From: Parcubacteria group bacterium
GTDB taxonomy: Bacteria; Patescibacteriota; Minisyncoccia; Phycocordibacterales; UBA2100
Length of the DNA: 64,000 nucleotides
Reading direction: 5' to 3'
Assembly (NCBI GenBank): GCA_943358385.1
Contig: CALRGX010000003.1
Coordinates: 2,771 to 66,770 of the forward strand
The position numbers and the translations under genes are program-made. Every line of letters starts with the position of its first letter. Within the stretch, counting starts at the first letter, position 1. Shown here piece after piece: positions 36,829 to 47,049 of this stretch. The notes beneath the pieces are model-generated. The model was given only the letters and a program-made list of their open reading frames with translations. It searched no databases and had not been told where the DNA came from.

Positions 36829-38371
36829 ATTCTCCAAAACGATACCAAAGTGTCTTGCCGATGCTTGTGCCGGCGTACGTCTCGTAATCTGTCGAGTAGG
36901 TCTTGCCCTCTGTATTGTTCCAGCTCGCGTTAAAGAACGCCATCGCATCGTTGATTGCCCTAACTCCAGCATCACCGGAGACAAGGACGTTCGTTTCCAG
37001 ATTAAGATTGTCGAGATTGCGCCTCGTGAGGTTTGCCGAGCCTTGAATAATTGAATTCGCACCGTTTTTCTTGAAAATGAGTAATTTACTATGACACTGC
37101 TCGCCGTGCGTATCGCACCAGCGAATCGTAGTATTGCCGTTCGTGTACTCTGCAAGTTCATGCGCGACTTGTCGGTTCGGAATTCCGTTTTTCTCTCTGC
37201 CGAAAGCGTCTTTATTCGGATCAAGTAAAAGGCGTATTTTCACACCACGTTCGTCCGCTTGCTTGAGTGCTCGCACGATGTCACGATCTGAAAGATAGAA
37301 CATCGCCATATCAAATTCATCGTTGCTCCCAAGTTCTGCTAACAGTTCAAGTATCTTCTTCTCGATTGCTCGCTCTGTGAGTAGTTGTACGCGCACATCA
37401 CCATTCCGGTCATTAATCGTGTCGAGAATATGCTTAGATGGTTCTATAAAGTTTGCATCAGAAAAACGAGCTACTACGCGTTCGCTTCGAAGCACATCTT
37501 GCCACAAATTGTCATCAACTCGTATTGCTGTATTACTATGTGCGCTTGAGCCATCGTGAGGGTTGGCGGAGGTTATGAGTACCGAAAAGCCGCTGGTTCT
37601 TTCTCTTGCATCGTCCGTCATGAGCACCTTTCGATGGTTTGCTTTGAAGTTGAACGAATTGAGATACGAGACGATGTTTATGTTTGGTTTTCGAGCATCA
37701 AGCGCGTTTGGTACTATGTCGCCAAGTCCTTGATCCGGTAGCCACCTAAAAAATGTTCTCCACAAAGCACTAAATACAGGATTGCTGTCACGAAGCGGAA
37801 TGAGATTTGTTGTTATGACGGAAATACCCGCGCGCTCCAAATCTTTGAAGTGATCGGGGGTGTATCCTCCGTACATTGAGTTGATAGGGTCGGTAATCAC
37901 TTGGATAACGATGTCCGGTTTTTGTGTTTTCTTTTCAATCAGTAGGTCGGTGAGTTCCTTAGAGAGTTGTCGGTGCGACGTAGTCGCAGTTCCTAAAAAG
38001 TCGCTGAAAAAAAACATGTCGAGCAGGATATATGTCTCGGCATTTTTGATCATACGAAACGCCTCGTCAAATATCTGCTGGTCGGAATGTCGTACACCGC
38101 CTTTGTCGATGTACGTTCGGTCACTAAAAAAATCTATACTCGAATTCGGAACAGTGTACGATTGACTTTCGAGCGTTAAACCGTTTGGGAGCGGTTTGTA
38201 TGCTCCGTATAATCCTACAATGGCGACGAGAGCAACGACTCCAAAAATTATTTTTCTTATCACATAGATATTGTACCGCAGAAGCAGTTCTGATTTTAGG
38301 GAGTCCCGCCCGCGACCCCTTCCGCCCTTCGCGGGCGGGATGTGCGCGCACTGGGTGGGAGGGGCAAGCAC
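36806..38371 (-). CDS. Phospholipase D family protein / cardiolipin-synthase-like (two HKD motifs), membrane-anchored
   Basis: HRKVLMTD...SANPHDGS and HSKLLIF...GSANLTRRNL HxK(x)4D motifs. N-terminal TM. The first ~30 codons overlap a GC hairpin, so the true start may be downstream. Confidence 0.75.
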   Translation of the reverse strand: MLAPPTQCAHIPPAKGGRGRGRDSLKSELLLRYNIYVIRKIIFGVVALVAIVGLYGAYKPLPNGLTLESQSYTVPNSSIDFFSDRTYIDKGGVRHSDQQIFDEAFRMIKNAETYILLDMFFFSDFLGTATTSHRQLSKELTDLLIEKKTQKPDIVIQVITDPINSMYGGYTPDHFKDLERAGISVITTNLIPLRDSNPVFSALWRTFFRWLPDQGLGDIVPNALDARKPNINIVSYLNSFNFKANHRKVLMTDDARERTSGFSVLITSANPHDGSSAHSNTAIRVDDNLWQDVLRSERVVARFSDANFIEPSKHILDTINDRNGDVRVQLLTERAIEKKILELLAELGSNDEFDMAMFYLSDRDIVRALKQADERGVKIRLLLDPNKDAFGREKNGIPNRQVAHELAEYTNGNTTIRWCDTHGEQCHSKLLIFKKNGANSIIQGSANLTRRNLDNLNLETNVLVSGDAGVRAINDAMAFFNASWNNTEGKTYSTDYETYAGTSIGKTLWYRFGEFTGMSRY

Positions 38372-38871
38372 ATACGGCTTCGCGCCTCGGACATTTCCGC
38401 TAGGGCGTCCACGCCCTTGGATGAGCGCCGCCGTAATCTTGCAATACAGAAATTCGAAGCGGAAGCGACACCACGAACGCTATTTTGAAAACGAGAAGGG
38501 GGTTGTGCGAGGGAGGACTCCGAAGGCACAAACAACGAAGGCAAAGACATAGGTAAACTACTAACTAAAATAAAGCACTGAATACTCTAGCAAACCACTG
38601 CGAGGAGGAGACCGAAGCTGGGGGGAGGATTCCTTCCTACCCCCAAACAGCATGGCGCCCGAGCACCCGCTCCGCAGAGCGGGAGTGCGAGGAGAAGCGC
38701 CAAACCTAGACATCTAGGCGCGAGTAGCCCTAGCGGAAATGTTCCGAGGCGGATGCCGAGGATGGACTCCATGGGCTGGACGAACCACTAGCGATAAAAA
38801 ATGACACGAGGCTCAATATTGAATTTGCATTTTCTTCCGACTGCTTCTTCCTTAGAAGAAGCCCGGCCGAG

Positions 38872-39092
38872 CCCCGTTTCCGCCCATTCAATTTTAAAAA
38901 AATCCCCCCGCGAAAAAATAAGTATGGAAAGGCGGAACGGGGCGAGGGCGGAGCGCCGAGTCCGCGAGGCGTTGGTCGGATTGTGAGAGTCACCACGCAA
39001 TCGGAGCGTACGCATTGGTCTAAAGCCACCACGCACGCGGAGCGTGCGATTAGCTCTCGAAAAAGGTTCGCGCAAAGGATATGATTAGATCA
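38872..39092 (-). repeat. IR-B right copy (221 bp)
   Basis: Reverse complement of 32644-32866 except for homopolymer tract lengths. Confidence 0.85.
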
Positions 39093-39308
39093 CCAGTGTG
39101 GAGACAAGATTCGATTCGGAGTGGTTTTCTTTGGCGGCTGCCAAAGAAAACCACTGATTCTGGGCGATGCCGCGCGCTGCGCGCGAGTCTTGAGCCTCCT
39201 TTCGGGTGGATACCAGAAGCGTCACGCGGAGAGCATTGTAAAAATCGCTGCACGGATCAAAAGCTCTTGCGTTATAACGCGCACTTTTGGGCGCTTACTA
39301 CGGAAAGT

Positions 39309-39608
39309 ATGTGGCTAGGTATTCATGCAGAGGTTGCCTATCGTGCGCCGCTGTATCGCTGCACACATTGTTGGGTCGAGGAAAGCCATATGCACCGCGT
39401 CACGATTACTCGATGCGCAGATGTGGGAGAACTGTGTCAGAAGTATGACCTTTCTGCCAAGGACATATATATCCGTCTCAGCGATGTGGTGAAGGGGTGG
39501 CTTGCGGAAGCGCGCCAGCGTGCCGCTACTGCAGAGGCAGTTGCTGGTGCCGTCGCCCGTGAGGAAAGCGTGCTGTGGACGCTGTATGCCAACCATCCAC
39601 GCGACTGA
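39309..39608 (+). CDS. Hypothetical protein (99 aa) with Cys/His cluster
   Basis: ORF with ATG at 39309 and a YRCTHCW..H.H cluster. No recognised family. Confidence 0.3.
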   Translation: MWLGIHAEVAYRAPLYRCTHCWVEESHMHRVTITRCADVGELCQKYDLSAKDIYIRLSDVVKGWLAEARQRAATAEAVAGAVAREESVLWTLYANHPRD

Positions 39609-39667
39609 ATGAGCGCAGCCCCCAACCTTGTTGGGGGCTGCTTTGGTTATGGTATTATGGACGGTAT

Positions 39668-40027
39668 ATGGCAGGAGAAGGCCCAAAAAAGAGAAAGCCT
39701 GGATTTGGCAAGCGTGGGGTTTCGCCAGCTGCACCAAAAGACATGCTTAAAGAAACACGTGAATCAGGCGCCAGTGCGTTCTCCTTCGAAGAGATCATGC
39801 ATTTTGTGGCTAATACGGATGACCATTTTAAAGCCCCACCTGGCGCACGAGTGGAGGGTCTGGCTTTTGCGCCACTGCGCGATAACCTCCTTAAAATAGG
39901 TGGCATGCTGGCGCAGATTCGACACATTGATAACGACCCAACTGCACACGGCGAGAAAAAAGAGCGGGATATTAAGTCGCTTGTGGATCACATCAATCGC
40001 ACATTGCGTCTCGGTTCTACTCAGTAA
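39668..40027 (+). CDS. Hypothetical basic N-terminal protein (119 aa)
   Basis: ATG at 39668 (MAGEGPKKRKPGFGKRG). Confidence 0.35.
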   Translation: MAGEGPKKRKPGFGKRGVSPAAPKDMLKETRESGASAFSFEEIMHFVANTDDHFKAPPGARVEGLAFAPLRDNLLKIGGMLAQIRHIDNDPTAHGEKKERDIKSLVDHINRTLRLGSTQ

Positions 40028-40875
40028 TCACAGAGCACGGCATCGTATCCCAGTGCTGTAGAGAGCACTGCTTTTGCGGTGGCGCGATTGCCCATCATAT
40101 CGACGAGGCCTTCATTCAAGGCGAGTGCGCCAGGGAGCGCCGAGCCATCAGCGAGGCGCACTACTTTTTCACGTTCCATCGAGCGTGATTTTGCTACCAA
40201 GTCTACAAAGTGTTCGTGCCATGCAGCCATATCGCGCTCGAAGAGTGCTCGCTCTTCTGCGGTGAGTGGTTTGTTTGGATTGCCCGAGTCTTTAAACTTT
40301 CCGGATGCAAGGGAAACAAATTCGAGACCTTCTTTGGTGTTTTGCCCGACTGTTTGCAGGTACGAGCTGGTGATGCCAATCGAGCCAACATCTGAAAATG
40401 GCGAAGCGATGATGGTGTCGGCACCCATTGCTGCCATGTATGCGCCCGAGGTACCTGCTTCGCGGATCAATGCCACGGAAGGTTTCGTTAGTTCGTTCAT
40501 CGCATCCAGAATCACCTCTGACGCGACGGGTGTGCCGCCATAGGAATCAATCTGGAGCATGACGGCAGACACATTTGGATCTTGTTCGGCGTTGTGCAAC
40601 AGGCTCACTATGAAATCAGCGTCGGTGTAGGGAAGTGATGCGCCACCTTCATCAGTAGGGCCGAGCGCAGCATAGGGATTCCCAAAAAGAATATCGCCAC
40701 TGAGAGGTACGACGACGGTATTACACACGCCGTCCGAGAGCCATGGACTGTACGGAAAGGTGCGCGCGTCGTTCCATAATCCATACATGTTGAGACCCAT
40801 TTTAAAAACAATGAGCGCGGCGACGCTCCAGAGGAGAGGTTTACCAACCAGCTTTACTATTTTTTCAGTAGGCAT
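40021..40875 (-). CDS. sppA: Signal peptide peptidase SppA (S49 family, 36K type)
   Basis: DSYGGTPVASE and GAYMAAMGADTI S49 motifs. N-terminal TM. Confidence 0.85.
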   Translation of the reverse strand: MPTEKIVKLVGKPLLWSVAALIVFKMGLNMYGLWNDARTFPYSPWLSDGVCNTVVVPLSGDILFGNPYAALGPTDEGGASLPYTDADFIVSLLHNAEQDPNVSAVMLQIDSYGGTPVASEVILDAMNELTKPSVALIREAGTSGAYMAAMGADTIIASPFSDVGSIGITSSYLQTVGQNTKEGLEFVSLASGKFKDSGNPNKPLTAEERALFERDMAAWHEHFVDLVAKSRSMEREKVVRLADGSALPGALALNEGLVDMMGNRATAKAVLSTALGYDAVLCDY

Positions 40876-40933
40876 ATGCGACAGTATATCCCACCGAATC
40901 TGACTCAATCGCTCGCTCTGGTATAGTGGGTGC

Positions 40934-41800
40934 ATGGGAAATGAAGTAACACAGGTGTTAAGCATCGCCGATATGCTGCAGTTACAGCTGCTCGATTTTG
41001 CGCCGAAACTTATACTCAGCGTGATAGTGCTGGTAACAGGGTGGCTGGCTATCAATGTGTTGGTGCGCGCGCTGCGGACCGTGCTTTTGAAATACGAGTT
41101 TGATCAGGCGCTCGAGCGCTTTGTGGAAAGTATCACTAACGCTCTTCTGAAAGTGGTGTTGGTGGTAACGGTGGCTGGCATCGCAGGAATTGAAACCACG
41201 TCTCTCGTGGCACTTTTGGGTGCCGCAGGACTTGCCATTGGATTGGCGCTTCAGGGTTCGCTCTCGAATTTCGCGGGCGGCGTTTTGATTTTGATGCTCA
41301 AGCCATTCAAGTATGACGACTACATCGTGGCGCAAGGAGTGGAGGGGAAGGTGCAGAAAATAGAAATCTTTAGTACGACCATCAACACTATTGATAATCA
41401 GCGCATTGTGATCCCCAATGGCGCACTCGTGAATGGAGTGATTGTGAACAGAACGGGCAAAGAGACGCGCCGCATCGACCTCATGATTGGTATTGGGTAC
41501 GACGCCGCGGTTGATCATGCTCGACAAGTGGCGCTCGCCACCGTGGCGACTGATGCGCGCGTGCTACACGACCCGCTGCCTGAAGTGGTCTTGACTGCAC
41601 TTGGGGATAGTGCACAGCACATCGAAGTGCGTTTCTGGGTGCATACGGTGGATTTTGCGGCAAAATTTGATTTGCTCGAGCGTGTGAAGTTGGCCTTTGA
41701 TGATGCGGGCATTACCATTCCGTATCCGCAGCGTGTGATGCACACGGTGCCCGAGAAAGCACCGAAGACTAAAAAAGCTTCGAAGAAAGCGACCTCATAA
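40934..41800 (+). CDS. mscS: Small-conductance mechanosensitive channel
   Basis: Three TM helices followed by an MscS beta-domain (QRIVIPNGALVNGVIVNRT). Confidence 0.85.
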   Translation: MGNEVTQVLSIADMLQLQLLDFAPKLILSVIVLVTGWLAINVLVRALRTVLLKYEFDQALERFVESITNALLKVVLVVTVAGIAGIETTSLVALLGAAGLAIGLALQGSLSNFAGGVLILMLKPFKYDDYIVAQGVEGKVQKIEIFSTTINTIDNQRIVIPNGALVNGVIVNRTGKETRRIDLMIGIGYDAAVDHARQVALATVATDARVLHDPLPEVVLTALGDSAQHIEVRFWVHTVDFAAKFDLLERVKLAFDDAGITIPYPQRVMHTVPEKAPKTKKASKKATS

Positions 41801-41839
41801 CGTATACTCTCGGCAGCTCATCTTTGAGGAGGATAGACG

Positions 41840-42331
41840 ATGATCTTCGATACGATTCCTGCTGATTTCGTGCCGCGTTTTGACGTGGCCGCGACACTTC
41901 TTGAATACCATCCAAAAGATGGCGGGCCGCTCTCGGTCTTGTTCCTCTTGCGGCACATCGACAAACCGCAGGGTGGCACGTGGTGTTTGCCTGGAGGAAA
42001 AGTTGATCCAGGAGAGTCACTCGTGCACGCCGCAGCACGCGAGCTTTTTGAAGAGACGGGGTTACGTGTGCCCGAAGCGGAGCTTTCGTTTGTGGAGAGT
42101 GTGGCAGTACGTCACGCACCAGAACATGGTGGATATCAATTCTGGTACCACATGTTTCGCTATCGCATGTCAGAAATTCTTGCTGTGGACCCATCACGTC
42201 AAAAGCCGCTCATTCTGAATCCGCACGATCATACGACCGTCTACTGGTGCCCGCCGTGGATCGCCTGGCAATCCATCAATCTGATTCCGGACGAAGCGCC
42301 GTGCCTGAAGCGGGTGTACGGTTTTCGGTAA
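41840..42331 (+). CDS. NUDIX hydrolase
   Basis: Nudix box [32 protein letters not shown]. Confidence 0.8.
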   Translation: MIFDTIPADFVPRFDVAATLLEYHPKDGGPLSVLFLLRHIDKPQGGTWCLPGGKVDPGESLVHAAARELFEETGLRVPEAELSFVESVAVRHAPEHGGYQFWYHMFRYRMSEILAVDPSRQKPLILNPHDHTTVYWCPPWIAWQSINLIPDEAPCLKRVYGFR

Positions 42332-42422
42332 GAACGACTACAAGAGCCGCCTCGAAGAGGCGGCTCTTTCATGCTTTTTGTGACGCGGCCACCTCTCGTA
42401 TACCGCGATTTCTTGTGGTAAA

Positions 42423-43334
42423 ATGCCGCCGATGTACGCCATCGCAGGACTCACGGGAATGCTTTCCTCACTCTTCGCCACTACTGCTTTTGCGGTAGAA
42501 GAATCGCACGCGGTAGTGGCGCAAGGTGTAGCTACCACGACGGCACTGGTAGAACATGCGCCAGAAGCAGCGCACACCGGCATTCACGTGGTACTTGCGG
42601 CCGAACGGCTGGGGTCTTTCATGGGCATTCCCATCACGAACACACTCATTACGGCATGGGTGGTCATGGCGATACTTATTGGCCTTGCATTTATGGTGAG
42701 ACGCCGACTGTCTTTGGTCCCGGGGAAACTGCAGCTGGTGTTCGAGGAGGTCATTGAATTCATCCACGGGTTTGTGCGCGACACGTTGGAAAACGATACA
42801 CTGGCGCGCAAGGTCCTGCCGCTCTTGCTCACGCTCTTCCTTTTCATTTTCTTTTGTAACGCATTGGAATTCGTACCGGGCATAGGGTCTGTCGGCTTTT
42901 ACCAGCCAGATCCTGCAGGGCATGGTGAGGTATTCCATCCACTCTTTCGCAGTGTAAACACTGATTTAAATGTGACGCTCGCTTTGACTATTATTGTGGT
43001 CTTGGTGATCGAATTCCTGGGCATCATCACGCTTGGTTTCTTTACCTACGCTGGCAAGTTCATCAACTTTAGCTCGCCCGTGAATTTCTTTGTGGGCATC
43101 ATCGAGTTGGTGGGAGAGTTGGCGCGCCTGGTTTCATTCTCGTTCCGATTGTTCGGCAATATATTTGCTGGCGAAGTGTTGATAGGAGTGGCGACATTTT
43201 TCGTACCATACATTCTACCGAGCGGGCTGATGGCATTTGAATTATTTGTTGGTTTTGTGCAAGCGGCGATCTTTACGCTGCTCACTCTTTTCTTCATTAA
43301 ACTGGCGGTGACGAATCCGCATGAAGCGCATTAG
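42423..43334 (+). CDS. atpB: F0F1 ATP synthase subunit a
   Basis: Conserved Arg in RLFGNIFAGE and polytopic topology. Confidence 0.9.
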   Translation: MPPMYAIAGLTGMLSSLFATTAFAVEESHAVVAQGVATTTALVEHAPEAAHTGIHVVLAAERLGSFMGIPITNTLITAWVVMAILIGLAFMVRRRLSLVPGKLQLVFEEVIEFIHGFVRDTLENDTLARKVLPLLLTLFLFIFFCNALEFVPGIGSVGFYQPDPAGHGEVFHPLFRSVNTDLNVTLALTIIVVLVIEFLGIITLGFFTYAGKFINFSSPVNFFVGIIELVGELARLVSFSFRLFGNIFAGEVLIGVATFFVPYILPSGLMAFELFVGFVQAAIFTLLTLFFIKLAVTNPHEAH

Positions 43335-43425
43335 TAGGGAGAAGGGACAAGGGTTTAGCGTTTAGCGCATAGGTAAAGTAAGAAAAACAAGAGGGAACGG
43401 TCGAGTTGCGGAGGATGGTGGGGGA
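43333..43425 (+). repeat. Purine-rich intergenic repeat (family member B)
   Basis: agggacaagggtttagcgtttagcgcatag...ggaggatggtgggggaag. Confidence 0.55.
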
Positions 43426-43691
43426 AGATATAGTTGCGGCAGGTCAGTCCCTTCTAGAGGGGATGAGAGGCGTCTTCGCCTTCAGGTTAAGTTGCGCCCC
43501 TCGGGACGCAATGGTGGTGGGGAATCACCTTCTTGTGCCGTTCTGGAGCAAGTTTGTTTGGGACGAGTCCCAGACAGTAAAGGAAATACCACATAGGTGC
43601 GGTTCTACGGAGCCGTGCACCCAAAGATTTATCGCCACACCCTGACCTCGCTTTTCGGCCCGCGCACCCTGTGCGCGGGCCACTTCTTTTT
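43395..43691 (+). ncRNA. Candidate structured non-coding transcript / long atpB 3' UTR ending in tandem terminators
   Basis: About 350 nt without a credible ORF. Several GC stems. Terminator hairpins at 43658-43691 and 43710-43742. Confidence 0.2.
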
Positions 43692-43709
43692 AATATTTGC
43701 CAAAACGAA

Positions 43710-43742
43710 GGGCGCAGACTGAAAGTCTGCGCCCTTTTTGGT
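43710..43742. terminator. Second terminator hairpin (bidirectional)
   Basis: gggcgcagac-tgaaa-gtctgcgccc followed by tttttggtg. Confidence 0.65.
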
Positions 43743-43758
43743 GTCGTGTGGGTGTTGC

Positions 43759-43995
43759 TTAGCGGCGAGCGATGTTGGCCGGAGGGCGCACGTTTTTCAC
43801 GACGTGCGGAATCTTCCGGATTGTCATGCCGGCCGCGAGCATGGCCGTCTCGACCTTCTCGGCAGGATGCCGTGCGCACGCCACTCCGGTGTTGTACTTG
43901 GAGAGACGGTCGCTGCAGACGATGCAGCAGCGCGCTTCCGTGCGCTGCTTCAGCGGGGTGCCAAGATGGTCGAACGCGACAGCATACGTAAGCAT
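43759..43995 (-). CDS. Small Cys-containing hypothetical protein (78 aa), antisense to the atp operon
   Basis: ORF with CCIVCSD and CARH cluster. Flanked by a terminator. Confidence 0.3.
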   Translation of the reverse strand: MLTYAVAFDHLGTPLKQRTEARCCIVCSDRLSKYNTGVACARHPAEKVETAMLAAGMTIRKIPHVVKNVRPPANIARR

Positions 43996-44106
43996 GTGTT
44001 TTATTCCCATACGGTTGTAACCTTTGGTATTATATCACAGATATGGGGTTATGCAAGTATGTCGAGACAAGCGCTTTCTGTGCCCATGTCTCTCTCGTGT
44101 GTCTAG

Positions 44107-44391
<285 letters not shown>

Positions 44392-44419
44392 CGCACGTGG
44401 GCATTGCGCCCCAACTACC

Positions 44420-44866
44420 ATGGGAGAATTCTTCACCACTTTCGGCGTTAACTGGAAACTGCTCATAATACAAGCAGTAAATTTCGGTGTGCTCCTCGGA
44501 GCCCTGAGCTACCTTTTGTACACCCCGGTCATGAAGATGCTCGACGAACGCAAAGCGCTGGTGGCAAAGGGTGTGCAAGACGCAGCCGACGCAAAAAATC
44601 GTCTTGAGAGTGCGTCGGTTGAATCGCGTAACCTGGTAGGCAAAGCCGCTCTTGAAGCAGAGGGTATTGTGTCGCATGCGCGCGAACACGCGGTTTCGCG
44701 TGGTGCTGACATCGAGCGCGTTGCCAAAGAGCGTGCGGATGCAATGGTGAAGGAAGCGGCAGAGCGTGCCGAGGCGCTGAAAGTGAGTGCCATGAAAGAG
44801 AGTGATGCCGCGATTGCAAAGGCTGCAGTCCTCGCTGCTGAAAAGATTTTGCAAGGAAAAAAATAG
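44420..44866 (+). CDS. atpF: F0F1 ATP synthase subunit b
   Basis: N-terminal TM then a long Ala/Glu/Lys-rich helix. Confidence 0.85.
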   Translation: MGEFFTTFGVNWKLLIIQAVNFGVLLGALSYLLYTPVMKMLDERKALVAKGVQDAADAKNRLESASVESRNLVGKAALEAEGIVSHAREHAVSRGADIERVAKERADAMVKEAAERAEALKVSAMKESDAAIAKAAVLAAEKILQGKK

Positions 44867-44867
44867 T

Positions 44868-45224
44868 ATGCCCCACAACTACACTCATGCGCTGATGCAC
44901 ATTGCACACACGACCGAGCCAAAACGGGCGGTGTCGCTTTTGACTGACGCGCTGCGTGCACGTGGGCGCCTCAAGCTACTTCCTAAAATGAAGGCACTCC
45001 TCGTGCGCGAATCCTTGCGCGCAGAGCGCCAGCCGGCAGCCGAACTTTTTGTCGCGGTTGAATCGGGTGAGAAAAGTGCTCGTGCGGCGTCGGGGCTTCA
45101 GGATGCGCCGCTGATTATCGACCCCACCATTGTGGGCGGATACCAGGCACGAGTGGGTGACACCATGACCGATGCATCTTTCAAAAAGCAATTACAAGAT
45201 TTATATAACCGCGCGACCGCGTAA
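44868..45224 (+). CDS. atpH: F0F1 ATP synthase subunit delta (short, 118 aa)
   Basis: Position between atpF and atpA. OSCP-like C-terminal segment (GGYQARVGD). Confidence 0.65.
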   Translation: MPHNYTHALMHIAHTTEPKRAVSLLTDALRARGRLKLLPKMKALLVRESLRAERQPAAELFVAVESGEKSARAASGLQDAPLIIDPTIVGGYQARVGDTMTDASFKKQLQDLYNRATA

Positions 45225-45229
45225 GCACC

Positions 45230-46795
45230 ATGGCTGACAAAACTATCATCGACAAGATCATCCGAGAGATTGAGCTCGTGACACCACAGGGCGAGGAATC
45301 GCACGTGGGCCGCGTGGTTGCAGTAGGCGACGGTGTTGTTTCAATCGACGGTCTTTCAAAAGCGGTTATGAGTGAGGTCATTGAATTTCAGACCGACGCA
45401 GGAAAACCGCTTGCAGATTCGCTTGGCGGCGCTGCCATATTCGGCCTCGTCTTGAACCTCGAAGAAGATAGTGTGAAAGCGGTGGTGTTGGGTGATTCAA
45501 GTTTGATTGGCGAAGGGATGCTCGCAAAATCAACGGGCCGTGTTCTCTCCATTCCTGTATCAGATGCGATGGTAGGCCGCGTAGTAAATGCGCTGGGAGA
45601 ACCAATTGACGGCAAAGGGCCGATTAAAGACGGAAAATTTGTACCGATTGAACGTGAAGCGTATGGCGTGATGCAGCGCCAGTCAGTTGGTACGCCACTA
45701 CATACGGGAGTGAAAGCAATCGATGCCATGGTGCCGATTGGCCGTGGTCAGCGCGAGCTGATTATTGGTGACCGTTTTACGGGAAAGACCACGATTGCGA
45801 TTGATACCATCATCAACCAAAAAGCAGAGCCAAAAGGAAGCCGCCCTATTTGTATATATGTCGCCATTGGACAGAAGGAAAGTAAGACGGCGCGTATCAT
45901 GCAACAGCTCACGGATGCGGGCGCGATGGAATACACCATTATTGTGAACTCTCCTGCGTCAGCTCCTGCTGCATTGCAGTACCTCGCGCCATTTGCCGGC
46001 GCTTCAATTGGCGAACATTTCATGGACCAGGGCAAAGACGCGTTGGTGATTTACGACGACCTCTCAAAGCAGGCAGTAGCGTATCGTGAGTTGTCGCTCC
46101 TCTTACGTCGCCCACCAGGACGTGAAGCGTACCCAGGCGATGTGTTTTATCTACACTCACGCCTGCTCGAACGTGCAGCGAAGCTCTCTGCAGAAAAGGG
46201 TGGGGGTTCATTGACTGCGTTGCCGATTATCGAAACACAGGAAGGCGACATCTCTGCCTACATTCCGACCAACGTGATTTCGATTACCGATGGACAAATC
46301 TTCCTGGATGCAAGTCTTTTCAACAAAGGCATTCGCCCAGCCATTAACGTGGGTGATTCCGTATCACGCGTAGGCTCTGCAGCACAGACGAAAGCAATGA
46401 AAGGAATTTCAGGCACCCTCAAACTTTCGCTTGCACAGTTCCGCGAACTTGAAGCATTCGTGCAATTTGCATCTGATCTGGATGAGGCAACCGCAAAGCG
46501 CATCGACGATGGGCGTCGCATGGTGGAGCTGTTGAAGCAAGGTAAAGGTGCACCGATGCCGTTTGAAGAGCAGGTGGTCGTGATTTACGCGGCGACCAAA
46601 GGATTGTTGCATGGCGCGGCAATTAGCAATTTGCGCAACGTAGAAGTGGCGCTGAGCCAGTACATGCGCGACCAGCAAAGCGAGGTACTAACGCTCATTC
46701 GTGAATCGGCGAAAATTGACGACACTACAAAAGAAAAGCTTGAGAAAGCGATTGATACATTCAAGGCTGCCCACACAGAATGGTTCGCACAGTAA
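45230..46795 (+). CDS. atpA: F0F1 ATP synthase subunit alpha
   Basis: P-loop GDRFTGKT and alpha-specific motifs. Confidence 0.95.
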   Translation: MADKTIIDKIIREIELVTPQGEESHVGRVVAVGDGVVSIDGLSKAVMSEVIEFQTDAGKPLADSLGGAAIFGLVLNLEEDSVKAVVLGDSSLIGEGMLAKSTGRVLSIPVSDAMVGRVVNALGEPIDGKGPIKDGKFVPIEREAYGVMQRQSVGTPLHTGVKAIDAMVPIGRGQRELIIGDRFTGKTTIAIDTIINQKAEPKGSRPICIYVAIGQKESKTARIMQQLTDAGAMEYTIIVNSPASAPAALQYLAPFAGASIGEHFMDQGKDALVIYDDLSKQAVAYRELSLLLRRPPGREAYPGDVFYLHSRLLERAAKLSAEKGGGSLTALPIIETQEGDISAYIPTNVISITDGQIFLDASLFNKGIRPAINVGDSVSRVGSAAQTKAMKGISGTLKLSLAQFRELEAFVQFASDLDEATAKRIDDGRRMVELLKQGKGAPMPFEEQVVVIYAATKGLLHGAAISNLRNVEVALSQYMRDQQSEVLTLIRESAKIDDTTKEKLEKAIDTFKAAHTEWFAQ

Positions 46796-46800
46796 ACAGT

Positions 46801-47043
46801 ATGGATGATCTGTTTGAAAAAATGAGGCAACACCGAGTCGTAGCACGCTTTTTGGGCGCGTTTGCTCTCGCTGCGCTCCTCGCGATGATCCTCTTTTTCG
46901 GAGGATACATCTATGGTGCTTTCACTACCACCGAAGTAGACCCACCAATTTCTGCGGGGACTGACCTCCTGCTTACCTGGTGGCCCGCTGTCGCTTTTGT
47001 GTTCGCGGTCGTGTTTATAAAAGGTGGTAGACACGTTTCCTAA
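46801..47043 (+). CDS. Small 2-TM membrane protein (80 aa) inserted between atpA and atpG
   Basis: ATG 6 nt after the atpA stop. Two hydrophobic helices. Confidence 0.4.
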   Translation: MDDLFEKMRQHRVVARFLGAFALAALLAMILFFGGYIYGAFTTTEVDPPISAGTDLLLTWWPAVAFVFAVVFIKGGRHVS

Positions 47044-47049
47044 TTGCGT

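Noticed and set aside
39081-39308. N-terminal 76 codons of the 175-aa ORF at 39081-39608
   Set aside because: It begins inside IR-B right and spans the 16-bp palindrome. The downstream Met at 39309 is the more plausible start, if the ORF is real at all.
43395-43691. Possible RNase P RNA
   Set aside because: Only a loose match to the CR-II/III region. No P4 strands (GGAAAGUCCGGGC / ACAGAAcccGGCUUA). About 170 nt too short. Kept only as a generic ncRNA candidate.
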